A stretch of DNA of 52,656 nt from Arenicellales bacterium. Its GTDB lineage: Bacteria > Pseudomonadota > Gammaproteobacteria > Arenicellales > Poriferihabitantaceae. Positions 27,324 through 37,669 of the stretch are shown here, piece by piece. The position numbers and the translations under genes were made by a program. The stretch spans positions 1-52,656 of the forward strand of contig JAPYNL010000095.1 of the NCBI GenBank assembly GCA_028285795.1. The letters run 5' to 3'. How positions within the stretch are numbered: position 1 is the first letter of the stretch; each line of letters starts with the position of its first letter. Under the pieces are notes generated by a model. That model had not been told where the DNA came from. It made no database searches and was given only the letters and a program-made list of their open reading frames with translations.

Positions 27324-27334
27324 CCCCCCCCCCC
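27324..27334. repeat. homopolymeric C11 (G11 on minus strand) tract
   Basis: Counted directly: 11 consecutive C at 27324-27334, inside the orphan insert. It lies near the 3' end of the minus-strand small ORF 27303-27512. Confidence 0.95.
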
Positions 27335-27718
27335 ATGACTTGATGGGAATTATATATCTGCTGGCCAAAAGACTGGATAGAGACTCAGTTTGAAAATGAG
27401 CCTGTGCAGGTTCAAGGACATGTGAGGCTTTTCCAGCCATCAAGGCAAGACGGATCGGGAACCTGAAAAACAGAAACAGGAGTAGGCGAAGCACAACGAA
27501 TGGCAGCATCACCTGTCATATTCGGATTGCTTGAAATCGCCACGCATCTCTGCGATGGCCCAGAAGAGGCCGCTCAAGCTCTGGTCGTCCGTGCACATGG
27601 GACATCCATTTTTCTTTTTGTGGATTTAGTCTCACTGCAGATGGTTGCGCTTTTTACCGGAATGGACCAATGTCAAGTCTTCTCAATCGGGTTGCAGGCA
27701 TGCAAAGTACCATCACTG

Positions 27719-27785
27719 GGCAACGAATCAATGCGATAATCGAATTCTGAAAATCATCGGTCCTCAAGCCTTGAAATGAGAAATC
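27719..27785. repeat. copy B of the ~67-bp imperfect direct repeat; supplies the cca start region
   Basis: GGCAACGAATCAATGCGATAATCGAATTCTGAAAATCATCGGTCCTCAAGCCTTGAAATGAGAAATC. It contains a dead 10-codon copy of the peptidase start (MIFRIRLSH*) on the minus strand and the real cca ATG (27776) on the plus strand. Confidence 0.8.
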
Positions 27786-29059
27786 CTGAGCAGGAACTTG
27801 AAGTATATCTGGTTGGTGGCGCAGTCAGGGACAGACTCATGGGCCTGAATGTCGAAAGTGAAAGGGATTGGATGGTTGTGGGGTCCTCGCCCGAACAAAT
27901 GGCTGAACTTGGATTTCGTCCGATTGGCAATGACTTTCCGGTATTTCTTCACCCGCATACCCACGAACAGTACGCACTGGCCCGCACCGAAAGAAAGATT
28001 GGTCGAGGCTATCACGGCTTCGTTTTCAATTGTGATCCGGAGGTTGGCATCGAAGAAGATTTGGCCCGGCGGGACCTGACCATGAACGCCATGGCCATGG
28101 ATACGAAGGGCAATCTGATCGATCCATTTGGCGGGGCTGCAGACATCGACAATCGGATCATTCGACATGTCTCGGAAGCATTCAGAGAGGATCCGGTACG
28201 AATTCTGAGGGCGGCTCGATTTGCAGCTCGATTCCGTAGGCAGGGATTTTCAGTAGCAGAACAAACACTCATCATGATGTCAGAGATGGTTGTCAATGGT
28301 GAGGTCGATACACTGGTTCCGGAACGTATTTGGCAAGAGCTGTCCAGTGCGCTTGCCGGTCCGGATATGGCTGAATTCATACTCACTCTCAAGCGCTGCA
28401 AGGCACTCAAAAGCCTCTTGCCCGAAATCGACAGGCTCTTCGGTATCCCGCAAACGGCCAAATATCATCCGGAAATCGATACGGGGATTCATGTCTTGAT
28501 GTCTCTGGATGCAGTAGAAAAAATCACCGTTGATCCAATGACCCGATTTGCGGTCTTGGTGCATGATCTGGGCAAGGCAGAGACTCCGGCTGACATACTG
28601 CCTTCACATCAGGGGCATGAGATGAGCGGACTGGAACCCATTGCCCGTCTGTGTGAGCGGCTAAAGGTGCCGGGCAACTATCGTCAATTTGCTCTCCGAG
28701 TGTGTCGCCATCATCTTGAGGTACACCGAATTGCAAGGATGAAGCCCGGCAAGGTACTCAAGATGCTCGAAAAATTGAACGCATTCCGATCACCTGAAAC
28801 GATGACAAAGTTGAAACAGTGCTGTCTGGCTGACAGTCGTGGCCGGGCCGGTTACGAAAATAGTGATGCGCCACATCTCGACTTGCTGGATGAATACTAC
28901 CGGATTGCAATCTCGGTCGATCAGGCAGGCATAGCAGCGCAAGTGAGGTCAAGCACCGTCCCCAAGACCGCGATGGGCAATCAAATCAAGAAAAAAATAC
29001 GAGAAGAGCGGTTACAGAAAATCTCGCAATTCAGAAAGCAGCAACAGGCAATTTCATGA
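27776..29059 (+). CDS. cca: multifunctional CCA-adding tRNA nucleotidyltransferase with HD phosphohydrolase domain
   Basis: VYLVGGAVRDRLMG...RDWMVVG...FPVFLHP...EQYALARTERK (polymerase-beta head) and HD domain motif VLVHDLGK. Confidence 0.92.
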   Translation: MRNPEQELEVYLVGGAVRDRLMGLNVESERDWMVVGSSPEQMAELGFRPIGNDFPVFLHPHTHEQYALARTERKIGRGYHGFVFNCDPEVGIEEDLARRDLTMNAMAMDTKGNLIDPFGGAADIDNRIIRHVSEAFREDPVRILRAARFAARFRRQGFSVAEQTLIMMSEMVVNGEVDTLVPERIWQELSSALAGPDMAEFILTLKRCKALKSLLPEIDRLFGIPQTAKYHPEIDTGIHVLMSLDAVEKITVDPMTRFAVLVHDLGKAETPADILPSHQGHEMSGLEPIARLCERLKVPGNYRQFALRVCRHHLEVHRIARMKPGKVLKMLEKLNAFRSPETMTKLKQCCLADSRGRAGYENSDAPHLDLLDEYYRIAISVDQAGIAAQVRSSTVPKTAMGNQIKKKIREERLQKISQFRKQQQAIS

Positions 29060-29204
29060 GCAGTTAGCCCAACTCTTCCAATGTTTGCTATGATCGAAAC
29101 CGGTAACAGCCTTCAGGTACATGTGATGATGCAAGGGCTAAAAATGGCAACCAGGATATTGGGCCAAGAACCTGCAGTTGCCGGATGCATTTTTGGAGTT
29201 GGAA

Positions 29205-29627
29205 ATGACGGACTTTGATCCGACAGATGCTGTTCAGGTCGGACATGCCCTGGAAGGCTTTGGCGTGAATCTGCTGGTTTCCGATGTTGCGAGGATAGCC
29301 GGTTTTCTGGAACAGGTTTTCGGTTTTTCCAAATTGTCGTGCAGTCAGGACTATTCCCTGCTATCCCATGACGGGATTCTCTTTCAGCTGCATGCCGATC
29401 ATGCCTACTCAAGAAATCCCCTCCCGTCCCTGCTTCCCGAATCAGGGGCCAGAGGTGGTGGTATCGAGCTACGATTATTTAATGTGCAGCCAGACCAGGC
29501 TGAGCAAAAAGCCAGAGAAGCAGGATACGAAATACTGATGGAAACAGCTGACAAACCACATGGCTTACGAGAGTGCTTCATTCTGGATCCCGATGGGTAT
29601 TGCTGGTGTCCCTCGGTACGGATTTGA
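29205..29627 (+). CDS. VOC/glyoxalase-bleomycin-resistance family protein
   Basis: ~140 aa with a paired beta-alpha-beta-beta-beta pattern and the C-terminal KPHGLRECFILDPDGYCW typical of VOC proteins. The start is placed at the ATG at 29205. Confidence 0.7.
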   Translation: MTDFDPTDAVQVGHALEGFGVNLLVSDVARIAGFLEQVFGFSKLSCSQDYSLLSHDGILFQLHADHAYSRNPLPSLLPESGARGGGIELRLFNVQPDQAEQKAREAGYEILMETADKPHGLRECFILDPDGYCWCPSVRI

Positions 29628-29631
29628 AGTC

Positions 29632-30363
29632 ATGATTCGAGGCATCCTGTTTGATAAGGACGGTACATTGCTCGATCTGGAGAGGACATGGATACCGCCA
29701 TACCGGAAAGCCGCCGAATACATTGCTGGCCTTGCCCAGAAGCCAGCACTTGCTGACCGCCTCATGGCTGTCGGGGGATATGACCCGGATATGCGGCAAT
29801 GGACAACCGACTCGGTCTTGGCATCGGGAAGCAATGATGACGTAGTCCGCACCTGGGAAAGAGAGCTTGGGTTCGGTCTGACACGGGAAAAACAGGAGCA
29901 TATCCGAAGTCAGTTTTTTCTCTCATCGGTTCAGCCTGTACCGATCACGGATAATCTGCATCGGCTCATCCATGAAATTAAGTCGTTTGGGGTTATACTG
30001 GGAGTTGCAACGATGGATGATGAATCAAGTGCAAGAGCCATGCTGAGGACATTTGACCTGCATCATGCTTTTGAATTCGTATGTGGGGCTGACAGCGGCT
30101 ATGGCGTCAAGCCAGATCCGGGAATGGTTCAAGCCTTCTGTGAAAGGTGCAGTCTACGACAAGGCGAGGTCATGGTGGTGGGTGACAGCCTCAAGGATTT
30201 GCAGATGGCAAAAAACGCCAGGGCGGGCATGGCGGTTGGCGTGCTATCGGGGGCCCAAGCTCATGGCCAGTTGGAGTCTGATGCAGATATGATCCTGCAG
30301 AGTATCGAGGAGTTGCCCAGGTTGCTTGGATCATGGCTATTGAGCAATCGCGTGCCTGTATGA
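29632..30363 (+). CDS. HAD-superfamily hydrolase (phosphoglycolate phosphatase-like)
   Basis: Motif [12 protein letters not shown], motif II GVATMD, motif III/IV KPDP...[16 protein letters not shown]. The ATG at 29632 lies just after the upstream stop. Confidence 0.8.
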   Translation: MIRGILFDKDGTLLDLERTWIPPYRKAAEYIAGLAQKPALADRLMAVGGYDPDMRQWTTDSVLASGSNDDVVRTWERELGFGLTREKQEHIRSQFFLSSVQPVPITDNLHRLIHEIKSFGVILGVATMDDESSARAMLRTFDLHHAFEFVCGADSGYGVKPDPGMVQAFCERCSLRQGEVMVVGDSLKDLQMAKNARAGMAVGVLSGAQAHGQLESDADMILQSIEELPRLLGSWLLSNRVPV

Positions 30364-30409
30364 TGGCTACCCTAGATTGGATTTATACCCGAAACGAGTG
30401 ACAGCCATA

Positions 30410-30871
30410 ATGACATCCTATCCAAAACCCAGCGACCGGGAATTGCGGAAAAGCCTGACTCCTATTCAGTATCAGGTCACCCAGCAGGACGCAACGGAAC
30501 GGCCATTTGAGAATGAGTACCATGATGAGAAGAGGGCCGGCATCTACGTCGACATCGTCAGTGGAGAACCACTATTTGCATCAATACACAAATTCGATTC
30601 ACGGACCGGGTGGCCGAGTTTTTATCAGCCAATTGCTCCTGAATCAATTGTCGAGAAACGGGATTTCAAGTTATTTTTGCCAAGGACCGAGGTAAGAAGC
30701 CTGCATGGCAATTCCCACCTTGGGCATGTTTTTTCTGACGGTCCGGCACCAACGGGTCTTCGCTACTGTATCAATTCTGCAGCATTGCGGTTTATTCCAG
30801 CCGATCAGTTGGAGGAGGCTGGATATGGGCAATACAGAGGCCTGCTTGATTCAGGGGAGTCATTGTCTTGA
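30410..30871 (+). CDS. msrB: peptide-methionine (R)-S-oxide reductase
   Basis: [40 protein letters not shown] and catalytic RYCINSAAL. Confidence 0.9.
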   Translation: MTSYPKPSDRELRKSLTPIQYQVTQQDATERPFENEYHDEKRAGIYVDIVSGEPLFASIHKFDSRTGWPSFYQPIAPESIVEKRDFKLFLPRTEVRSLHGNSHLGHVFSDGPAPTGLRYCINSAALRFIPADQLEEAGYGQYRGLLDSGESLS

Positions 30872-31638
30872 AACGAATGGCCCAATTCCTGTTGCTGGCA
30901 ATATGCTGCATTGCAGTGGCTGGAGGTGCCGGCCAGACTCTGGTTGTATCGAGTGCAAGCACCATAACGCCACTAGTCGAACTGTATACTTCGGAAGGTT
31001 GTAGCAGCTGTCCGCCGGCTGATCGTTTTCTGGCTGAACTTGGAACTCACATCGGGCCAGACTTTCATGCTCTACCGCTGGCCTTTCATGTTGATTACTG
31101 GAATCGTCTTGGCTGGCCTGATCCGTTTTCAAAAAAACAATATACCGATCGCCAGCGCTGGATAGCACACGTCAATCGGCAGGCCTCAATCTATACCCCC
31201 GAGCTGGTGGTGAGCGGACGGGAAACCCGAAATGGCGCCCAGATTTATGACCGGATCCGCAAGCACAATGCAACCCCTGCAAATGTAAGCATCCAGCTTC
31301 AAGTCGGCCGAAATGCTCCGCAACGTTTCCATGCAGAAATCACTTTCGACAATGTTTCGGGAAGTACTGCAGAGGGACATATTGCAATCTACGAAAATGG
31401 CATTATTAGAAAAATCGACGGTGGAGAGAATTGGGGTGCAACACTGCACCACGAATTTCTGGTTCGTTACTGGAGTCAGCCATACGAAGTCGATACCGGA
31501 CAATCCAATACTTTCGTGGAACTCGATATCGAACCTGACTGGGAAATCTCCAATCTGGGCCTTGCAGTGGTTGCCATTGACCCCAAAACCGGGGCGACTT
31601 TGCAAGCCGTTCACACCCCTCTAAATTCTTTATATTAA
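30868..31638 (+). CDS. secreted DUF1223-family thioredoxin-fold protein
   Basis: Signal peptide [19 protein letters not shown] followed by [16 protein letters not shown], the DUF1223 signature. Confidence 0.8.
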   Translation: MKRMAQFLLLAICCIAVAGGAGQTLVVSSASTITPLVELYTSEGCSSCPPADRFLAELGTHIGPDFHALPLAFHVDYWNRLGWPDPFSKKQYTDRQRWIAHVNRQASIYTPELVVSGRETRNGAQIYDRIRKHNATPANVSIQLQVGRNAPQRFHAEITFDNVSGSTAEGHIAIYENGIIRKIDGGENWGATLHHEFLVRYWSQPYEVDTGQSNTFVELDIEPDWEISNLGLAVVAIDPKTGATLQAVHTPLNSLY

Positions 31639-31656
31639 AAAAATAAAGGAAAAGTA

Positions 31657-31681
31657 TTGAAAATATAAATACTGCCGCCAT
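31657..31681 (+). promoter_or_regulatory. candidate sigma32 (heat-shock) promoter upstream of hsp20
   Basis: TTGAAA (31657-31662), ~13 nt, CGCCATAAT. The consensus is CTTGAAA-N13-15-CCCCATNT. It lies 40 nt upstream of the hsp20 ATG. This is a motif match only. Confidence 0.35.
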
Positions 31682-31720
31682 AATTTAAGGCAATTCATTT
31701 TAACCAATGAGGAAAATACT

Positions 31721-32149
31721 ATGAATGCTTTAACACAACTTCCCTTGAAGGGCTGGAACCTGAGTGGTGATTTCGATCATCTCTTCAATGGTCTGATGTC
31801 TAGGTACGAGACTCCGCAGTCGCATATCGTTCCTCCGCTCGATATTATCGAGACTGAGAAAAACTATGTAGTCAAGGCGAATTTGCCGGGTATTGATCGA
31901 GACGACTTGTCTGTCAGCATAAAAGAAGGAATGTTGACCATTGAGGCGGAAAGCAAATCCGAAAATGTCGAAAAAGACGGTGAAACCTTGATTCGTCTGG
32001 AACGACACACTGGAAAATATTTTCGTCGTCTGCGTCTCGGCAAAATGATCGATGATTCAGCCATTAGTGCCGATTACAATGATGGTGTCTTGACGCTCAC
32101 GATTCCGCGTCGCGAGCAGGAAGAAGGACGCAGGATTTTGATCAACTAA
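31721..32149 (+). CDS. Hsp20/alpha-crystallin small heat-shock protein
   Basis: Alpha-crystallin domain: PPLDIIETEKNYVVKANLPGIDRDDLSVSIKEGMLTIEAE...RLERHTGKYFRRLRL...ISADYNDGVLTLTIP. Confidence 0.9.
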   Translation: MNALTQLPLKGWNLSGDFDHLFNGLMSRYETPQSHIVPPLDIIETEKNYVVKANLPGIDRDDLSVSIKEGMLTIEAESKSENVEKDGETLIRLERHTGKYFRRLRLGKMIDDSAISADYNDGVLTLTIPRREQEEGRRILIN

Positions 32150-32166
32150 GCACTCTGCATCCAGAC

Positions 32167-32200
32167 GGAACAGGGTCGCTTCGGCGACCTTGTTCCTTTT
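32167..32200 (+). terminator. rho-independent terminator after hsp20
   Basis: GGAACAGGGTCGC - TTCG - GCGACCTTGTTCC forms a 13-bp stem with one mismatch, followed by TTTT. Confidence 0.7.
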
Positions 32201-32322
32201 GGGAACACGCTTCTAATCCATGGTTCCCCATGTGGTGATGGCTGACCCAAATCGCCATGTATCTCAGACAATTCGCTATACTCCAACTCTCGTGAGAGAA
32301 CAATTAACCCAAACGGTGGAAT

Positions 32323-33069
32323 ATGGATCCGGGCTTAATCATTACGGGGGCAGGGCGAGGTATCGGTGCAGCAACAGCACTTCTTGCGGCACAGGCCGGG
32401 TGGCGTGTGCTCATCAATTACCGCCAGAATTGGCAGACAGCGGAATCTGTCCGTGAACAAGTACAAAATCATGGTGGACATGCCGTGGTTTATCAGGCGG
32501 ATGTTGCTGATGAATCTCAGGTTATCGCGATGTTCGCGTTCGCTAGCCAGCAACTTGCTCCCATCGGTGGACTGGTCAATAATGCAGGTACGCTTGAGGC
32601 CGCAACGCGGCTTGAGCAAATGGAGGGTGCACGATTTGACCGCATATTTGCAACCAACGTCAAAGGCAGTCTTTTGTGTGTCCGGGAAGCAATTCGATAC
32701 ATGTCCGTTCGCCACGGTGGTCAAGGCGGATCCATCGTCAATGTGTCTTCTGTCGCCGCCCGCTTGGGCGGGCCCAGTGAATATGTCGACTATGCAGCAT
32801 CCAAGGGTGCGATAGATACCTTGACCGTGGGTTTGGCCAGCGAGCTCTCTGAAGATGGAATTCGGGTCAATGCGGTCCGCCCGGGGCTAATCGATACCGA
32901 AATTCATCAACTGTCCGGTGATCCTGATCGAATCAACAGAATTTCAAGGCACATACCCATGAAACGTCCAGGATCGGCCGAAGAGGTTGCAAATTCAATC
33001 GTGTGGCTGCTCTCCGATCAGGCATCCTACTGCACGGGTACCTTTGTTGATTGTTCCGGAGGGCGATAG
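32323..33069 (+). CDS. short-chain dehydrogenase/reductase (SDR)
   Basis: TGAGRGIGAA cofactor motif, NNAG, and the catalytic YAASKGA (YxxxK). Confidence 0.88.
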   Translation: MDPGLIITGAGRGIGAATALLAAQAGWRVLINYRQNWQTAESVREQVQNHGGHAVVYQADVADESQVIAMFAFASQQLAPIGGLVNNAGTLEAATRLEQMEGARFDRIFATNVKGSLLCVREAIRYMSVRHGGQGGSIVNVSSVAARLGGPSEYVDYAASKGAIDTLTVGLASELSEDGIRVNAVRPGLIDTEIHQLSGDPDRINRISRHIPMKRPGSAEEVANSIVWLLSDQASYCTGTFVDCSGGR

Positions 33070-33072
33070 ACA

Positions 33073-33729
33073 GTGCTGAATTCCATACAACGAGTAAATG
33101 GTAACGAGGAAAGTCTGATCTATGTACACGATCCGATGTGTAGCTGGTGCTGGGCATTTCGTCCGCAACTGGACAGGCTTCTGGAATCACTGCCCGATAA
33201 TATCCATGCAGTACGGTTATTGGGTGGTCTGGCACCTGATTCAAACGAACCGATGCCAGAGACAATGCGCCAGCATCTGCAACAGGTCTGGCGGACCATC
33301 ATGCGCACGGTCCCGGGAACCAAGTTCAATTTTGACTTTTGGCAGGACTGCATACCGAGACGCTCAACCTTTCCAGCATGTCGGGCTGTGATCGCTGCCC
33401 GTAATCAGGGTATTGAGTGGGATGAAAAAATGACTCGGGCAATCCAGCAAGCATACTATCTCGAGGCACGCAATCCATCGGAGGAACAGACCCTGACTGA
33501 AATCGCCAAAACCATCGGTCTTGATGACATGCGTTTTTCACAGGACCTTGGCTCAAGACAAACGCAAGGTACGTTAATTGATGAAATCACGCTGTCTCGG
33601 AATCTGGGTATATCCGGCTTCCCCTCCCTGATGCTGAAACAGGGCAGTCAGTTGAGTCGTATCCCGGTAGATTACAGCAATCACTTACCCATGCTGGAAG
33701 CAGTCAAATCGACTTTGAGCATCAATTAG
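33073..33729 (+). CDS. DsbA-family thioredoxin-fold protein
   Basis: IYVHDPMCSWCWAF (CxxC), ~215 aa, and a C-terminal GISGFPSLML typical of the DsbA-like family. The start is a GTG. Confidence 0.8.
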   Translation: MLNSIQRVNGNEESLIYVHDPMCSWCWAFRPQLDRLLESLPDNIHAVRLLGGLAPDSNEPMPETMRQHLQQVWRTIMRTVPGTKFNFDFWQDCIPRRSTFPACRAVIAARNQGIEWDEKMTRAIQQAYYLEARNPSEEQTLTEIAKTIGLDDMRFSQDLGSRQTQGTLIDEITLSRNLGISGFPSLMLKQGSQLSRIPVDYSNHLPMLEAVKSTLSIN

Positions 33730-34343
33730 GCGGGTCGTTTAGCGAACAAGACCTCTCCGAATGATGCATAGGCACTCGCCCCAAGCCTGGAGAGTGGACG
33801 AATCTGATCGGCCTGAATTGTCAGGCGATTCTTGCCATCGTGTCGAACACAGTCGTCTGAGACATAGACAGAATCGATTTGGGCAAATACCAGATGTTGC
33901 TGATCATGGGTGCCGATTTGTTCAATCTTGTGAACATGACTCATAAAGGCAACCTTGCAATGTGTCAGTCGAGGTAGGAGGAAGCTGTCAACATCTGACA
34001 ATTCAAGATTTCCGGCGTCGACCTCAGAGACTCCCGGAGGCAGGGTTGCTGAACTGAAGTTCAGGTCAGCCAGTTGATCAGAGCTTGCAATATGTATCAC
34101 CAATTGCGGTCGTTCAAGCACATTTCGTAAGGTATCCTTGTGAGATCCGTCATCCTGGAGACCAATGGAAATCATGACTAGAGGAGGATCGCTACATACA
34201 GCATTGAAATAGGAAAAGGGTGCCAGATTTAATGAGCCGTCCTGATTCTCGCTGAGTATCCAGGCAATTGGACGTGGCAACACCGTTTGAGTCATCGTGA
34301 AATAGACATTCGGTGTATTCAGCTCTGATAAGTTGATGATCAT
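33726..34343 (-). CDS. flavin reductase-like domain protein
   Basis: LPRPIAWILSENQDGSLNLAPFSYFNAVCSDPPLVMISIG is characteristic of the FMN-binding split-barrel flavin reductase family. Confidence 0.8.
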   Translation of the reverse strand: MIINLSELNTPNVYFTMTQTVLPRPIAWILSENQDGSLNLAPFSYFNAVCSDPPLVMISIGLQDDGSHKDTLRNVLERPQLVIHIASSDQLADLNFSSATLPPGVSEVDAGNLELSDVDSFLLPRLTHCKVAFMSHVHKIEQIGTHDQQHLVFAQIDSVYVSDDCVRHDGKNRLTIQADQIRPLSRLGASAYASFGEVLFAKRPA

Positions 34344-34426
34344 GATTGGGGATACTGGTTTGAACGAACCGACTATTATAATAACTGCAATTTCGCAAAT
34401 CTGCCTGCCATCAAGCCATCGGATTC

Positions 34427-35131
34427 ATGCAAACCAGAAGCCAGTTTGCCATCCCGGCACCGCCGGTTCCATACCTGCCTGTCAGGAATTCGGATGCTCT
34501 TTTTCCAGTGCACCGTATTTATTGTGTTGGGCGGAATTATGCTGATCACGCGATTGAGATGGGACATGATCCAGCTCGCGAATTGCCCTTCTTCTTTCAG
34601 AAAAATCCCGATAACCTTGTCATCAACAACGAAGACTTTCCCTATCCTCGGAATACCAAAGAAGTTCATTACGAGATTGAATTGGTCGTTGCCATGGGTA
34701 AGGGAGGGATCAATATCACACGCCGGGATGCTCTCGATCATGTCTGGGGTTATGCAGTGGGATTGGACATGACCAGACGTGATCTTCAAAACGAGATGAA
34801 GAAGGTGGGAAGACCGTGGGAGATTGGCAAAGCCTTTGAGCATTCGGCACCCTGCAGTCATGTAGCTCCTGTCGCTGAAGTTGGTCATCCAAATGCAGGC
34901 CGCATCGAACTCAAGGTGAATGGCGAGGTCAGGCAGTTGGGTGATCTAGGCCAATTGATCTGGAAGGTTCCGGAAATCATCATGACACTGTCTGGCTTGT
35001 TTGCGCTCAAATCTGGCGATTTGATTATGACCGGAACTCCGTCAGGCGTAGGGGCAGTAAATATAGGCGATCTGCTGCAAGGTTCTGTTGAAGGCATCGG
35101 AGAGTTGAATACGAGGGTTGTATTAGGATAA
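34427..35131 (+). CDS. fumarylacetoacetate hydrolase (FAH) family protein
   Basis: IYCVGRNYADHAIEMG, YEIELVVAMGK, GLDMTRRDLQ and IMTGTPSGVG. Confidence 0.85.
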   Translation: MQTRSQFAIPAPPVPYLPVRNSDALFPVHRIYCVGRNYADHAIEMGHDPARELPFFFQKNPDNLVINNEDFPYPRNTKEVHYEIELVVAMGKGGINITRRDALDHVWGYAVGLDMTRRDLQNEMKKVGRPWEIGKAFEHSAPCSHVAPVAEVGHPNAGRIELKVNGEVRQLGDLGQLIWKVPEIIMTLSGLFALKSGDLIMTGTPSGVGAVNIGDLLQGSVEGIGELNTRVVLG

Positions 35132-35326
35132 GGTCTACAATCCGTGACGCGCTTACTTTTGATGCCGGCACCTCATTGATAGTCAAGAACCTCAAATCTT
35201 CCATACTCCTGCTTTGCCAGTGCAGCGTAAGCATGAAACGACGGATAAACCCATAATCGCTGCATTTCGCTCATCCGCCGCTTGCACGAACTGTTTCAGG
35301 TGAAAATGAAATTCCAAATGCGATCC

Positions 35327-36344
35327 ATGAAACCAAAGAAGACAGAGTCACCCAATCCGATCATGGCTGAAGTGTTTCGCGAGAACACCCTGGAATCCTG
35401 GCATCGCGGTGCTGCTGTGGTTGTCGACAGCCAGGGGCAAACGGTCTACGCACTTGGCGATGTTGAACGCATTATCTTCCCTCGTTCGGCAATCAAACTG
35501 TTTCAGGCAATTCCGTTGCTTGAAACGGGTGCTGCCGAGAATTTCTCCCTGACAGCACGAGAAATAGCATTGGCCTGTGCTTCGCACAATGGAGAGCCAG
35601 GTCATGTTTTGGCTGTTCAAAACTGGCTCTCATCGCTGGGCCTGGGTCCTGATGATCTGGAAAATGGCCCATCGCGGCCATATTCTTCGAAGGCCTTTCA
35701 CGAATTATTGAAAGCAGGAGAACCGTCAACCCAAGCCCACCACAACTGCTCTGGCAAACATGCCGGCATGTTGACCATGGCCCGGCATCTCGGACTAGAT
35801 GTACATGGATACACCCATCCAGAGCATGGTGCCCAGCAAGTCTGGATGGAGGTCATGTCTGACTTTGCCGGCTTTGATGTGACGGCTATGGACTGCGGAA
35901 AAGACGGTTGTGGTGCTCCCGCAATAACCATGCCGTTGATCGCATTGGCCCGGGCTTGCGCAAGATATGCTGATCACAGGCTATTAACGAACAGAAGGGC
36001 ACAAGCTGTAGAGAAAATAATCGAGTCGATTACAAATCACCCATGGATGATTGCAGGAACGGGTCGATGTTGTACGGATGTCATTGATCTGACAAAGGGT
36101 CGGGTTCTGGTCAAGACCGGCGCAGAATGGGTTTGTTCCTGGCAAGAAACTTGGCCTTGCGCTGAAGATTGATGACGGTTCAACCAGGGCGAGCCAGGTC
36201 GCCTTGGGCAAATTGTTGCTGAAAGTTGATGCGATTTCGATTGAAGAGCATCAAGCTCTAGGCAGCTATTTCAGGCCAGACATTGCAAATAGCAACAAGG
36301 ACAGGACAGGATTTATTTCAGCATCCGGAATCTGGAGCGAGTAG
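35327..36344 (+). pseudogene. L-asparaginase II-family gene with a +1 frameshift near 36128 (pseudogene or sequencing error)
   Basis: The ORF reads ...RSAIKLFQAIPLLETGAAE...ACASHNGEPGHV...VLVKTGAEW and then degenerates to a stop at 36172. The next frame, from 36129, continues with the family's expected C-terminus GFVPGKKLGLALKIDDGSTRASQVALGKLL... up to the stop at 36342-36344. Confidence 0.7.
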
Positions 36345-36411
36345 GAAAGCTTGTGGGTGAAGCACTTGCCATGGGCGATTGGCAGCATTTAGCTTCATGC
36401 AAAAAGACCCG

Positions 36412-37482
36412 CTACCCGAAATAAGCGCCCAGACGCTCCACTGCAAGATCAATGTCTGATTTGGCGAGGTCCTTGTGGGTGACCATCCTGATTGGGTTCC
36501 GTCCAGTGAACAATACCCCTTTTGATTCAGCGAAGCTGGCGAATTCGTCATGGTTGGTGCTTTTCAGGCGTAGAAACACCATATTCGTGCAGGCTCCCCC
36601 AAATTCAATGCTGATGTCATCGAATTCGGAAAGCCTGTTTGCCAGATATTCGGCGTTGGAGTGGTCCTCGCTTAATCTTGAAACGTTATGGTCAAGGGCA
36701 TAAATACCGGCTGCAGCGATTATGCCCGCTTGGCGCATGCCCCCGCCAACCACTTTCCTCCAGCGCCTTGCGCTGCTGACAAATTCATGGCTTCCCGACA
36801 ATACCGAGCCGACTGGAGCCCCCAGCCCTTTGGACAGGCAGACCGATACGCTGTCGAAATGTTTTGTCAGTTCCATGACATCAACGTTCAGTTTTGCGGC
36901 TGCATTGAATACCCGGGCACCATCCAGATGAAGGGCCAATCTGTTACGGTCACAGAGCTGCCGTACTTTCTGGCAGTAAGAAGCTGATATTGCCATCCCG
37001 TCAGTGGTCGTGTTTTCGAGTGCAACCAATCTGGTTTTGGCAAAGTGGAAGTCATCTGCCTTGATCAGCTTCTCGATGTGCTCCAGATCAAGCGTGCCAT
37101 CCGAATTTCTTTCCATGGGCTGCGGTTGAATTCCGCCTAGTGCTGCCGCTCCACCCCCTTCATACTTGTAGGTATGAGCAGTCTGTGCCACGATGTATTC
37201 GTCTGCACGCTTACAGTGTGTAAGCAGTGCAACCAGATTGCTCTGGGTCCCTGAAGGAAAAAACAGGGCATCTTCATGTCCGGTGATTCTGGCGACTTTT
37301 AGCTGCAGCTGGTTGACTGTTGGATCTTCACCGTAGACATCGTCTCCCATTTTTGCATCCTGCATGGCCTGCATCATGCGTGTACAGGGCCGAGTTACGG
37401 TATCGCTTCGAAAGTCAATGGGAGGTTCGTTCACAATAGATCGGGATATTTTCAGAGTATTGCCTTGCTGTTGGGTTGGCAA
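36412..37482 (-). CDS. ltaE: low-specificity L-threonine aldolase
   Basis: IDFRSDTVTRPC...MGDDVYGEDPTVNQLQ...FFPSGTQSNL and PLP-lysine region SVCLSKGLGAPVGS. The 37482 start is a TTG. The GTG at 37434 (MNEPPIDFRSD) is an alternative start. Confidence 0.88.
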   Translation of the reverse strand: MPTQQQGNTLKISRSIVNEPPIDFRSDTVTRPCTRMMQAMQDAKMGDDVYGEDPTVNQLQLKVARITGHEDALFFPSGTQSNLVALLTHCKRADEYIVAQTAHTYKYEGGGAAALGGIQPQPMERNSDGTLDLEHIEKLIKADDFHFAKTRLVALENTTTDGMAISASYCQKVRQLCDRNRLALHLDGARVFNAAAKLNVDVMELTKHFDSVSVCLSKGLGAPVGSVLSGSHEFVSSARRWRKVVGGGMRQAGIIAAAGIYALDHNVSRLSEDHSNAEYLANRLSEFDDISIEFGGACTNMVFLRLKSTNHDEFASFAESKGVLFTGRNPIRMVTHKDLAKSDIDLAVERLGAYFG

Positions 37483-37669
37483 ATGGTCGAATTAGCGTCA
37501 AATGCAGTGAATGAGTAATCTGTCATACAGCCCTGCCTGCAAGGCCATATTGTAGTTTTTCCGACTGAAAATGGAAACTTGAAGAACGTTTTAGGTTAGC
37601 CCAAAGCTGTTATCTCCATAATGGGAAAGAGGAAGAGGTGAAGGAAGGGGTACTGTCGATGAGTCATAG

